The notes under the pieces were generated by a model, which made no database searches, was not told the DNA's origin, and saw nothing but the letters and a program-made list of their open reading frames with translations. Below, one piece after another: positions 39,528 through 48,972 of a stretch of DNA of 64,000 nt. The position numbers were made by a program, and so were the translations under genes. Source of the DNA: an uncultured bacterium (GTDB taxonomy: Bacteria > Verrucomicrobiota > Verrucomicrobiia > Limisphaerales > UBA8199). The number at the start of each line of letters is the position of its first letter. Positions within the stretch are counted from its first letter, which is position 1. The stretch lies in NCBI GenBank assembly GCA_963749495.1, contig CAVVMW010000006.1, positions 1,189,837-1,253,836 on the forward strand, read 5' to 3'.

Positions 39528-41150
39528 GTGAAGGTGCTGAGGCAATTGGCTCGGGACCTGATTGCCGCCTGCATCGCCGTTGCGGCGCTCGGTTGGGCCG
39601 CCGCTGCCGATGGATCAACCGCCAGCGTTGCGCTGGCATGGGACCCGAGTACCAACGCGAATGTCGTGGCCTATAACCTCTATTATGGGGTGGCCAGCCA
39701 AACCTATACCAACAAGGTCACCGTCGGCGCCGTGACCAATGCGACCATTACCGGCCTGGTCGCCGGGGCCACTTATTTTTTCGCTGCCACGGCATCCGAC
39801 AACCTGGGACTGGAAAGCGACTTCTCGAATGAAGTCCCTTACTACGTCGGGCCCGTGCTGACGGTGACTGCGAACGCCGCGAGCAGGCCCTATGGGGCGG
39901 CCAACCCGGTCCTGACCGGGACACTGACCGGGGTGCAGAGCGGCGACAACATCACCGCCATTTACAGCACTACCGCCGATGCCACCAGCCCGGTCGGCAG
40001 TTACGCGATTACGGTCACCCTCGTGGACCCGGACAACGAGCTGGGCAACTACAGCGTGAGCACCAACAACGGCACCCTCACCGTCACCCCCGCCGCGCTG
40101 ACGATCACGGCGGGCGATGCCGCGCGCGTCTATGGCGCGGCGAATCCGGCATTCACCGCCAGTTATTCCGGGTTCCAGAACGGCGAAACGCTGCCCACCA
40201 GCGGGGTGACGGGCAGTCCGAGTTTGACGGCCACGGCGACGGCCGCCAGCCCTGTTCCCGGCCCCTATCCGATCACGGCTGCGGCAGGCACATTGGCCGC
40301 AGCCAATTACAGTTTCAGCTTCGCTAATGGTCAACTCACTCTGGCGAAGGCCACGACGGTTGCGACGCTCAATTCATCCTCCAACCCGGCCCTGCCTGGC
40401 ACGCCGGTTATCTTCACCAACAGTCTGGGCGTGGTGGCTCCCGGCGGGGGCACGCCGACCGGCACGGTGAACTTCCGCATCAATGGCAGCATCGCCGGCT
40501 CCGGCACCTTGTCCGGCACTGCCGCGACGTACACAAACAGCACACTGGCGCACGGCACCCACACCGTCGTGGCGGAGTATGGCGGAGACGGCAACTTCCT
40601 CGGCGCCACCAACCAATTGTCGTCGAGCCAGGTGATCAACACGCCGCCGGTTGCGGGCGCGGAAACCATCCTGCGACCCCCAACCGAAGGCGTGAAAATT
40701 TCCATCGCGTCATTGCTGGGCAATGCCACCGATGCCGACGGCGACCCGATCACCTTCCTCAGCGCCAGCGCCACCAGCGCCAACGGCGGCACCGCCTCGG
40801 AGGACGGCAACTGGACTGTTTACACCCCGGCGCCTGGGTTCACCAATGCAGACTCGTTTACCTATACGATTAGCGACGGCTACGCAACGGTGACCGGTAC
40901 GGTGAACGTGAACATCCTCGTTGATACCAGCCTATCGGTGAATTTGACCATCGTCAGCCTGGGCAACGGCTCTTTCGCCGTCAATGGCGACGGCATCCCC
41001 CACCGCACCTACCACATCCAGTTCGCCGACAACCTCCAGCTCACAAACTGGCAGACCCTGGGCACGACAACCGCCAATTCGTTCGGCTCGTTCCAGTTCA
41101 TCGATACCCCCGGGGCTTCCTTCCGCTCTTATCGGTCGGTATATCCTTGA
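39528..41150 (+). CDS. Secreted Fn3 + 2x MBG + Ig-like + cadherin-like protein
   Basis: 'LAWDPS..V..YNLYYG', 'LTVTA....R.YGAANP' x2, 'PTGTV.F', 'NTPPVA', 'DADGD', 'DSFTYTISDG'. Confidence 0.85.
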   Translation: MKVLRQLARDLIAACIAVAALGWAAAADGSTASVALAWDPSTNANVVAYNLYYGVASQTYTNKVTVGAVTNATITGLVAGATYFFAATASDNLGLESDFSNEVPYYVGPVLTVTANAASRPYGAANPVLTGTLTGVQSGDNITAIYSTTADATSPVGSYAITVTLVDPDNELGNYSVSTNNGTLTVTPAALTITAGDAARVYGAANPAFTASYSGFQNGETLPTSGVTGSPSLTATATAASPVPGPYPITAAAGTLAAANYSFSFANGQLTLAKATTVATLNSSSNPALPGTPVIFTNSLGVVAPGGGTPTGTVNFRINGSIAGSGTLSGTAATYTNSTLAHGTHTVVAEYGGDGNFLGATNQLSSSQVINTPPVAGAETILRPPTEGVKISIASLLGNATDADGDPITFLSASATSANGGTASEDGNWTVYTPAPGFTNADSFTYTISDGYATVTGTVNVNILVDTSLSVNLTIVSLGNGSFAVNGDGIPHRTYHIQFADNLQLTNWQTLGTTTANSFGSFQFIDTPGASFRSYRSVYP

Positions 41151-41266
41151 CTGCAGAGTGAAAGGTTCTCGCCGAAAGTCAAGCGGGCGGCCGACGTTTT
41201 TCTTTGGCCAGGCGGATCGCTAACCCCACCCATGCTTCGATCAACTTCCGCATCCCTTTTTAGTTG

Positions 41267-41423
41267 TCGAGACGCTGGACCTCCAGGCCGACGGCAATTG
41301 GATCCACAAGAGCTTCATCAACAAGGGCAAGGAATCCTCGGTGGTCGTGCCCCTGGACCGCGACTCCCGCCAGCTCCGGCAAAATGCCGCGCCGCCCAGC
41401 AGTGAGTAAGGCGCGTTGGGCAA
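41267..41423 (+). repeat. 157-bp direct repeat, copy 2 (orphan 3' end of the 38404 gene)
   Basis: See copy 1. Confidence 0.92.
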
Positions 41424-41507
41424 CCAGGGATGCGCGGCAGAAACCACCGACGCGCCGCCGAAACCGCTTGCACGCATCCTCTTTGATTCGCCGTGAGTCG
41501 GCGCCCG

Positions 41508-41745
41508 AGGGCCGAAGGCCCGCAATGTGATAGCCCAGGCTGGAGCGGAGCGGAGGCCTGGGTAGGTCCGTGCCCCACGAAATCGGCCCCGGTCTGTAAG
41601 ACCGGGACCTGTTGCCCAGGGACCTGGCTCTTGTGGCGCCCATACAGGGCGCGGCAGATTATGATCCGATGACCTGGGCCTCCGCTCGCAGGCTCGCTCC
41701 AGCCCAGGCTTTCACATTGCGGGCTTTCAGCCCGAGCAAAGGCCC
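41508..41745. repeat. REP-like family B copy
   Basis: Near-identical to 43678-43916 in the same orientation. Confidence 0.88.
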
Positions 41746-41890
41746 AGTCCGGACGGGGCGTCGTGAATGGGGGCACCCCATAGCATGGCTCGCCCCGTCG
41801 TGGAACTACACCAAGCTATGGGCTGACCACATAATCGGCCAGAGCAAAGCGGGAGTCATTGAAACAAGCCGTGTGCTGGCGCCAAGGCTG

Positions 41891-43405
41891 TCATTTCCCC
41901 AGTGCTGCGGCAACTGCGTGCTTGATCGTCGCGCCGCGGAGGTCACGAGCAATTATTTTGCCGTCGGGTCCGATGAGCATTATTTGGGGGATGGCCGTGA
42001 TGCCGTAGCATTCCGCCACAACTTTTTTCGACCGATCACCTCCAAAGAATGCTTGAATCCAGCCGGCTCCTTTTGTTTTGACAAACTTGCGCGGTGTTTC
42101 GGGATCAGAATCGAAGCTCAGACTAATAAGGACGAAGCGCTGGTTTTTGCCAAACGCTTCATACGTTGCCTTCAGGTTTGGCATCTCTGCAACGCACGGC
42201 CCGCACCAGGCAGCCCAAAAATCAAGCAGCACGTATTTGCCCCGTAGATTGGAAAGTCTGATCGACGAACCGTCGAGGGTCGGAACTGTGAAATCCGGAG
42301 CGGCGTCGCCGACCTTCAGGTTTAGGACGGATTTCAGGGTTGTTTTGCCAGCATCGACAGGCGAACCATCAACATCCTTTGCGTCTGGAGCCACTACGAA
42401 GTTAAGCGGTTCCAATGTGGCTATCTGTCGTCCGTTCTGTACGACGAAGCCACGCAGAACGTAGCTGCCGGGTTCGATCTGTTCCGATGTGAACGAGCCA
42501 TCTTGGTGAACCACGACATCACGAAGCCGGCTCATGCCGAATTTGAGTTGGCGGCCTTGTTCGGTGGTATTCAACCAATTAACCCACCACTCGGCGCGCT
42601 GTCCGGCCGTGTGATACTTTGCCGGCGCCAACGGTCTGAGCGGAAAGTCTCCCTTCGCGCTTATTCCACCAAGGAATGATTTATCCATCGAGTTTAAATC
42701 GAGGTTGCCAGCGATTCCATCGTCGGGTTCGATCCGCCCCACGACTGTTCGGCCATGCGTGGCAACGTCCACGTGCTTTGACTCTCCCGGATGCACGTCG
42801 ACTTCCTGGAGCATCGCGGTTGACCCGAATCCGATTTTCCCGTCTCGCACGTAGATCTCTTCGACCGGAGGCACGTGGTCGAAGACGAAGCGGCCCCCTG
42901 AGTCCGTCAATGCTTCGTTGTCCATCTTGACCAAATTGGCAATCAGAGAGTCACTGCGATCCATATTCATCTGCAACGAGAGACGGTGCTGGCAAAACGG
43001 ACGACCATGGTGGGTTCGGACCCCTTCGATACGCCCCCACGCTTGCAAAACCAGAACTGGGCGGTTGGTCAAATCCTGGCTTTGCGCAAGGCAGAGGCCG
43101 GTATCGGTGGCAATGACGAGGACAGCGTTTGTGCCGCTGTAATCGAAGTTGAAACGTCCGCGATCGTCTGTCCTCAAACGTTGGCTGCCTCCTTCAATCA
43201 AACTCCCCTTCAACACGGCATTTGTTTCTTGGCCGACGCAGACCACGGTGGCATTGGCCACTGGTGTGCCGTCGGCGGTTTGGACTTGGATCGTGAGCGC
43301 CCCCTTCGCGTCAGACCCAGCGGCTGGTAAACCAACCGCAGCATGGGCATCCAGCAGGGCAAGGACGATCAAAGCGAGAAACGAGATCAGCGCCGATTTG
43401 AACAT
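41891..43405 (-). CDS. TlpA/redoxin-family protein with N-terminal carboxypeptidase-regulatory-like domains
   Basis: Signal peptide, 'TDDRGRF', 'TDSGGRFVF', 'GDAAPDF', 'LLDFWAAWCGPC'. Confidence 0.88.
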   Translation of the reverse strand: MFKSALISFLALIVLALLDAHAAVGLPAAGSDAKGALTIQVQTADGTPVANATVVCVGQETNAVLKGSLIEGGSQRLRTDDRGRFNFDYSGTNAVLVIATDTGLCLAQSQDLTNRPVLVLQAWGRIEGVRTHHGRPFCQHRLSLQMNMDRSDSLIANLVKMDNEALTDSGGRFVFDHVPPVEEIYVRDGKIGFGSTAMLQEVDVHPGESKHVDVATHGRTVVGRIEPDDGIAGNLDLNSMDKSFLGGISAKGDFPLRPLAPAKYHTAGQRAEWWVNWLNTTEQGRQLKFGMSRLRDVVVHQDGSFTSEQIEPGSYVLRGFVVQNGRQIATLEPLNFVVAPDAKDVDGSPVDAGKTTLKSVLNLKVGDAAPDFTVPTLDGSSIRLSNLRGKYVLLDFWAAWCGPCVAEMPNLKATYEAFGKNQRFVLISLSFDSDPETPRKFVKTKGAGWIQAFFGGDRSKKVVAECYGITAIPQIMLIGPDGKIIARDLRGATIKHAVAAALGK

Positions 43406-43677
43406 TATTGAATAAGACAGACCAATGCCGACAACGTCACGGACATTTCTTGCAAGAGGATGAATCGCGCTTTCAGCGCCCTGGATGGATATTGGCGGAT
43501 CTTCCCAGCGCGTTGCCCTGGGCTGGTATGAACGACGCCCTTGGCGTCCAGAGCACGCACCGCCGGTTCCATCATGAATGGGCCCCGGAAATTTGAAAAC
43601 TGGAAGCGCGCAGCGAAAAATTCGGGGCAGAACGAGCTTGCGATCAAGCGCAGGCCAGAATTCCGGGACCCCTTCAC

Positions 43678-43916
43678 AGGGCCGAAGGCCCATAATGTGA
43701 TAGCCCAGGCTGGAGCGGAGCGGAGGCCTGGGTAAGCCCGTGCCCCGGGAAAACGGTCCTGGCCTGTAAGGCCGAGACCCGTCGCCCAGGGGCCTGGTTC
43801 TTGTGGCGCCCATGCAGGGCGCGGCAGATCATTGGTCCGATGACCTGGGCCTCCGCTCGCAAGCTCGCTCCAGCCCAGGCTTTCACATTGCGGGCTTTCA
43901 GCCCGAGCAGAGGCCC
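43678..43916. repeat. REP-like family B copy
   Basis: See 41508-41745. Confidence 0.88.
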
Positions 43917-44074
43917 GGTCGGGATGCTCTCCCGATGCACCCTCGAAAATCATTTCCTCCGCTCCCCCTGTTTGCTAGGACTTAGGCCCTGCATTCTCGC
44001 GATGAGAAAGAAGTCAATTTGTGCCGAAGCATAAGACATCGACGCGAAACGGGCGCGGTGCGCCGGAGAGCAGG

Positions 44075-45140
44075 ATGTCCGGACTGGTCCAGCTCGCCAT
44101 TCATCCCAGCCAGTTCCCCGAGAATGTCGCGCGGGATTTGCTCGACTCGTTGCGGTCGCGAGAGGTCAACCACAAGTTCCACTACGAGGGCTTCAAACAG
44201 AGCCGGAAATGGCTGGCCCTGCACCAGGCCCATTCGCCGTCGCAAACGGACCCGGATTGTCAGCGGGCTTACGACCTGAGCTTCGCGGCTGCGGCGGGGC
44301 GGGTGGGTTCGAGCCGGGTCCACGTGGTGGGCCTGGGCTGCGGCGGAGGCGGCAAGGAGACCCGGCTGCTCGAACTGCTCCGCAGCGCCGGCAAGGAGGT
44401 CTTTTACACGCCCTCGGATGTCAGCGCCGCCCTGGTGCTCACGGCGCGGCAGCGGGCGCTGGCTGTGGTGCCCGCGGCCCATTGCTTTCCGCTGGTCTGC
44501 GACCTGGCCTCGGCGAGCAACCTGGCTGCGGTGCTCGACGGGCAGGAATTCGACAAAGGTGGCGACAAAGATGGCAAAGTCATCCGAGGTTCGGCGCAGT
44601 GCGCCGGCGCCGCGCGCCTGTTCACGTTCTTCGGCATGCTCCCCAATTTCGAGCCGGGCGTGATCCTGCCCCAGTTGGCGAGCGTGGTCCGGCCGGGAGA
44701 CGGGCTGCTCATGAGCGCCAACCTCGCCCCGGGCCCCGATTACGCGGCCGGCGCGCGGAGCATCCTGCCGCTCTACGACAACGCCCTGACCCGCGATTGG
44801 CTCGTGACCTTCCTGCTCGACCTCGGCGTCGAGGCCAACGACGGCTCGATGCGGTTCGACATCGAGGAAGACCCGGCCGGCAGCGGTTTGAGGCGTGTCA
44901 CGGCCCGCTTCCACTTCGCGCGGGCGCGGCAGGTTGAGGCGGAGTCCGAGCGGTTCGAGTTTCGGGCCGGGGACTCGAATCCGCCTCTTTTTCTCCTATC
45001 GCCACACGCCGGCCCTGGTGCGGACGCTGCTGGCGCCCTATGGCCTGGAGGTGCTCGAGCAGTGGATTACGGGGTCTGAACAGGAGGGGGTGTTCCTCGT
45101 CGGGCGGCAGGTTAGCCCGGGCGCTTCACCTCACGGTTAG
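44075..45140 (+). CDS. EgtD-like SAM-dependent methyltransferase (Methyltransf_33; frameshift near 44975)
   Basis: 'VNHKFHY', 'VVGLGCGGG.KE', 'PSDVS', 'FFGMLPNFEP', 'IRLFFSYRHT'. Confidence 0.7.
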
Positions 45141-45160
45141 CTGGAGCCTGGAAAGGGAAG

Positions 45161-45240
45161 ACTTTGTCGCAGCCTTTGTCGCAACCTTTGTCGGATGGGC
45201 GATTCTTCGACAAAGGCCGCGACAAAGGCCGCGACAAAGG
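45161..45240. repeat. Inverted pair of 12-bp tandem repeats (CTTTGTCGCAGC / CGACAAAGGCCG) between convergent genes
   Basis: Three copies each way. Same structure at 46764-46843. Confidence 0.88.
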
Positions 45241-45261
45241 TCCTGAACCGGAGTTGCCAGT

Positions 45262-46149
45262 TCAAAAGACCCCCATTGTCTCGAGCACCGCCCGGGTGCG
45301 GGGCACCTCGTGGGTGCGGAACAAATCTGTTTTGCCCAGCGCGGCCAGCACGGCGAAGAACGGCTCGGCGCAACGGACTTGTTCGCCGAAGTATTCAAAG
45401 GCGTGGGGCAGGGCGTGGCAAATGGGGAAGCCCAGCGTCCGCAGGCGGAAGGTGTTGAGGAACACGGTCATTTGGTGGCGAACCCGCGTGGCGCTGTCCT
45501 GGAGGTTGCGGTAGTAGAAGCCCAGGCCCGGGTCCAGGAGGATTTTCTCGACGCGATGGCGCAGGGCCGCCTCGATCTGGCGGGCGAAGAACTCGTGCAT
45601 CATCGCCACGGGGTCCGGGCCGAGATCCAAGTCGCCCACCTCGCGCACGTTGGCGCCCTGCACGTAGCAGAGGATGAGGGCCGCGTCATGCTCGGCAACC
45701 AGGCCGAACAATTCATCGGTGTGCTCGGTCCCGGTGAGATTCAGCACGTCCGCCCCGGCCGCCAGACACGCCCGGGCAACCGCAGGGTGATAGGTCTCGA
45801 CGGAGACCGGGATGCCTGAGGCATGCAGGCCCTCGATGACCGGGAGGAGCTTGCTCCGCTGGGCCGCGGCGTCCAGCCGCGCCGCATGGGCGAGCGTCGA
45901 TTCCGCCCCCACATCCACCACGTCCGCGCCCTGGGCCCGCAGGACCCTGCCCCGCCGCACCGCCGCCTGCGCGGTGAGGCAAACGCTCTCCCGGTACCAT
46001 GAGTCGGGCGAGAGATTGATCACGCCCATAATCGCCGGGCGCGAATTGAAGCCCAGGCGCCTGCCCCCGATGGCGAATTCCTTCACGCGCGACTGCGTCG
46101 CCGCGCGGTTTTTCTCCACGAGTTCCGCCAGGTATCCCAGAGTGAGCAT
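45262..46149 (-). CDS. folP: Dihydropteroate synthase-like pterin-binding protein
   Basis: 'IMGVINLSPDSW', 'GADVVDVGAEST', 'ILLDPGLGF', 'FRTHEV'. Confidence 0.8.
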   Translation of the reverse strand: MLTLGYLAELVEKNRAATQSRVKEFAIGGRRLGFNSRPAIMGVINLSPDSWYRESVCLTAQAAVRRGRVLRAQGADVVDVGAESTLAHAARLDAAAQRSKLLPVIEGLHASGIPVSVETYHPAVARACLAAGADVLNLTGTEHTDELFGLVAEHDAALILCYVQGANVREVGDLDLGPDPVAMMHEFFARQIEAALRHRVEKILLDPGLGFYYRNLQDSATRVRHQMTVFLNTFRLRTLGFPICHALPHAFEYFGEQVRCAEPFFAVLAALGKTDLFRTHEVPRTRAVLETMGVF

Positions 46150-46172
46150 GGGGCAAAGCTAACGCGGTGGCT

Positions 46173-46898
46173 TCACTGGGTCCTCTCGCGAGCGGAGTCC
46201 GCCTGGGCGCAGCCTTTGGCAAAATCGGAAACAAACCGCCTCATCCCGCGTTCGAGTTTGGACATGCCGTAGCGCGCGGCCTCCTGCAGGGCCGCCTCCG
46301 CGGACCAGCGGTCGTGCCGGATGCGACAGCAGGCGATGATGGTCCCGGTGCGATCGCAGCCGTGCTGGCAGTGGATGAAGACCGGGGCGGGCAACCTCTC
46401 GATCAGGGCGAGGATCCTGGCCACCTGCTCGGGCGCAGGCCGGCGGATACCGCTCAGCGGCACGTTCGTGTACGCGATTCCGTTGGCCCGCGCCTGGGCT
46501 TCCTCCGCCTTCCAGGCCCCATTGGCCCTGCGCAGATTGATGATCGAGCCGACGCCCAGGCGCTTGAGGTCTTGCAATCCGGCAGCATCGGGTTGAGCGC
46601 CCCGGCAGACGCGCTCGTTCACCCGGCCGAAGTTGAGGATGCCCTCGGTGGCCGCCACGCCGCGCTCGCCCGCGCCGCAGGCACACAGACCGATCGCCGA
46701 TGCGAGAAAAAACAGCAGAAAGGTCCGCGCGTATCCAAACCGAAACACGCAACATCGGCACAACCTTTGTCGCAGCCTTTGTCGCAGCCTTTGTCGGGAA
46801 CGTCCCTGCTCGACAAAGGCCGCGACAAAGGCCGCGACGAAGGTCCAAGACCCGGCTGAGTCGGTCAATGCTGGTTGTTCCGATTTAGGCCGCGCCAC
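46173..46898 (-). CDS. Dual-specificity/tyrosine phosphatase-family protein (start uncertain)
   Basis: 'NFGRV...V.RGAQP', 'IINLR', P-loop 'FIHCQHGCDRTG'. Confidence 0.85.
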   Translation of the reverse strand: MARPKSEQPALTDSAGSWTFVAAFVAAFVEQGRSRQRLRQRLRQRLCRCCVFRFGYARTFLLFFLASAIGLCACGAGERGVAATEGILNFGRVNERVCRGAQPDAAGLQDLKRLGVGSIINLRRANGAWKAEEAQARANGIAYTNVPLSGIRRPAPEQVARILALIERLPAPVFIHCQHGCDRTGTIIACCRIRHDRWSAEAALQEAARYGMSKLERGMRRFVSDFAKGCAQADSARERTQ

Positions 46899-46900
46899 GT

Positions 46901-48217
46901 TCAGATCCCCCATCCCTCCCGGTAATGGTGCTGTATGAACTGGGCGGCCGGCGGGCAGTTGGGCGCGCGCAATGCGGGCGAATCCCACTGGAGCTTGCTG
47001 CCGGCGCGATAGGCGACGTTGCCCAGGAGCACTGTCTCGGTGAGCGCGCCCGAGTAGTCGAAGCTGCACGTGGTCGGTTGGCCGGTCTTGCAGGCGCGTA
47101 TCCATTCGGCATGGTGGCCGATCGAGTCGGGGATCGAGGGCTGGGGCGCGACGAACCCGGCGAAGTCTTTTTCCGGCAGCAGGAGGCGGCGGTCGTAGTC
47201 GGCCAGGAGCATCCCCTTGTTGCCGATGAAGAGGACGCCGCTCCTCCACTTGGCGGCCAGGTCCGGTGCGAGCACATCCGGGGACGGGTGCCTGCCGCCG
47301 TGATACCAGGTGAGCCGGACCGGCGGCTGGGACTCGCGGGCCGGATACTCATAACGCACGATGAGCCAAGGCGGGACCGACTCCGGATGGACGGGCGGCC
47401 CACCGAGGACTTCCACGGCCAGGGGCGCGCGCAGGCCCAGCGCCCAATGCGGCAAGTCCAGGTAGTGGCAGCCAAAGTCCCCCAGCCCGCCCCCGCCAAA
47501 GGCCCACCAGTTCCGCCATTTGAAGGGCAGGTACTGGGGACTATAAGGCCGGTAACTGACCGGGCCGAGCCAGAGGTCGTAGTGCAGGGCGGCGGGCGCG
47601 GGCGGCGTGTCCTTGGGCACGTCCATGCCGCCGTAGCTCACGTTGACCCACACATGCACCTCGCCCACGGCGCCGATGGCCCCGCTGCGGACCAACTCGA
47701 CCACGCGCCGGTAATTGGTCCCGGCGTGGATCTGCGTGCCGATCTGCGTTGCGCGTTTGGCCTGGCGCGCCGCCTCCATTACGGCCCGGCACTCGGAAAC
47801 CGTGCGCGTGAGCGGCTTCTCGCAATAGACGTGCCGTCCGCTCCTGAGCGCCGCCACGGTGGCCACCGCGTGCGTATGGTCCGGCGTCGCCACCACCACT
47901 GCCTCGATGTCCTTCTGGTCGAGCAACCGGCGGAAGTCGTCGTATTGTTTCGCCCCGGGGTGCTTTTGCGCCGCGGCAGCGCGGTAGGTGTCGTCCACGT
48001 CGCACAAGGCCACGATGTTCTCGCTGGAGACATTGCTCAGGTTGTAGGCGGCCTGGTTGGCCGTGCCGATCATCCCGATGTTGAGCTTTTCGTTGGGCGA
48101 GCCTCCCGCGCCCGAGACGCGCGCCAGGGACGCCCCAGCCATCCACAGTCCCGCGGCGCTCAGCGTGCTTTGGCGCAAAAACCCACGGCGAGTCATCGAA
48201 AGGCTATTTGTATTCAT
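46901..48217 (-). CDS. Tat-exported Gfo/Idh/MocA oxidoreductase
   Basis: 'TRRGFL', 'VATPDHTHA', 'VYCEKPLT', 'YDLWLGP', 'GDFGCHYLD'. Confidence 0.93.
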   Translation of the reverse strand: MNTNSLSMTRRGFLRQSTLSAAGLWMAGASLARVSGAGGSPNEKLNIGMIGTANQAAYNLSNVSSENIVALCDVDDTYRAAAAQKHPGAKQYDDFRRLLDQKDIEAVVVATPDHTHAVATVAALRSGRHVYCEKPLTRTVSECRAVMEAARQAKRATQIGTQIHAGTNYRRVVELVRSGAIGAVGEVHVWVNVSYGGMDVPKDTPPAPAALHYDLWLGPVSYRPYSPQYLPFKWRNWWAFGGGGLGDFGCHYLDLPHWALGLRAPLAVEVLGGPPVHPESVPPWLIVRYEYPARESQPPVRLTWYHGGRHPSPDVLAPDLAAKWRSGVLFIGNKGMLLADYDRRLLLPEKDFAGFVAPQPSIPDSIGHHAEWIRACKTGQPTTCSFDYSGALTETVLLGNVAYRAGSKLQWDSPALRAPNCPPAAQFIQHHYREGWGI

Positions 48218-48307
48218 AGGCTGCGCTCAAAGGTAGCGTGCGCCTCTCGAAATGGCGATAAAATTCTGGTTTTCAGCGGCGCCTGGCGGAGGACCGTTGA
48301 CAAAGTC

Positions 48308-48409
48308 GTGGCGCACGTTTCCAAACCTGCTGTATCGCCGATTTCCAATCGGCAGGGCGCCGGCCTGTCGAGCGCCCCCGGTTTGCGGACGGCCTGCGGG
48401 TTTGGAAAC
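48308..48409. repeat. REP-like family A copy (truncated)
   Basis: GTTTCCAAACCTGCTGTATCGCCGA ... GCGGGTTTGGAAAC. Confidence 0.75.
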
Positions 48410-48483
48410 ATCAGTGGATTAGCCTTGGATATCCCACCGATTGGGCCAGGATGATGACCTGGTCCGGCCCGGCAGGGTCCCGC

Positions 48484-48966
48484 TCAGGGGCGCGGCATCG
48501 AGTCGTGGAAGCCCTCGGCCGCCGCGTGGGGCGGGAGCGTGACCACCAGCAGCCAGTATTGTTCGATGGAGTGGATGACCCTGAGGAACTGGTCGAAGTC
48601 GACTGGCTTGGTGATGTAGCAGTTGGCGTTGAGTTGGTAGGCGCGCAGGACGTCCTGCTCGGCGCGGGAGGTGGTCAGGACCACGACCGGGATGGTCTTG
48701 AGAAGCGGGTCGGCCTTGATTTCGCCAAGGACCTCGCGGCCGTCTTTGCGCGGGAGGTTCAAGTCCAGCATGATGAGATCGGGCCGTGGCGCCTCGCTCC
48801 ATTTGCCCCGGCGGTGAAGGAAATCGAGCGCCTCAACGCCGTCCTCGACGATGCTCAGGCGGTTGTGGATTTTGGCCTCTTTGAGGGCCTCGACCGTCAG
48901 CTCCGCATCGCTGGGACTGTCTTCCACCAATAGGATCTCAACGGGACGCAAGTCAATTTCTCTCAT
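48484..48966 (-). CDS. Single-domain response regulator (Rcp1-like)
   Basis: 'ILLVEDS..D', '[16 protein letters not shown]', 'VVLTTS', 'ANCYITKP'. Confidence 0.95.
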   Translation of the reverse strand: MREIDLRPVEILLVEDSPSDAELTVEALKEAKIHNRLSIVEDGVEALDFLHRRGKWSEAPRPDLIMLDLNLPRKDGREVLGEIKADPLLKTIPVVVLTTSRAEQDVLRAYQLNANCYITKPVDFDQFLRVIHSIEQYWLLVVTLPPHAAAEGFHDSMPRP

Positions 48967-48972
48967 AAAATG

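Noticed and set aside
33034..41423. Diversity-generating retroelement (RT plus a repeat of a gene 3' end)
   Set aside because: The RT sits within clear group II intron boundaries. None of the 7 mismatches is an adenine in the would-be template copy (41267-41423), and there is no avd-like gene.
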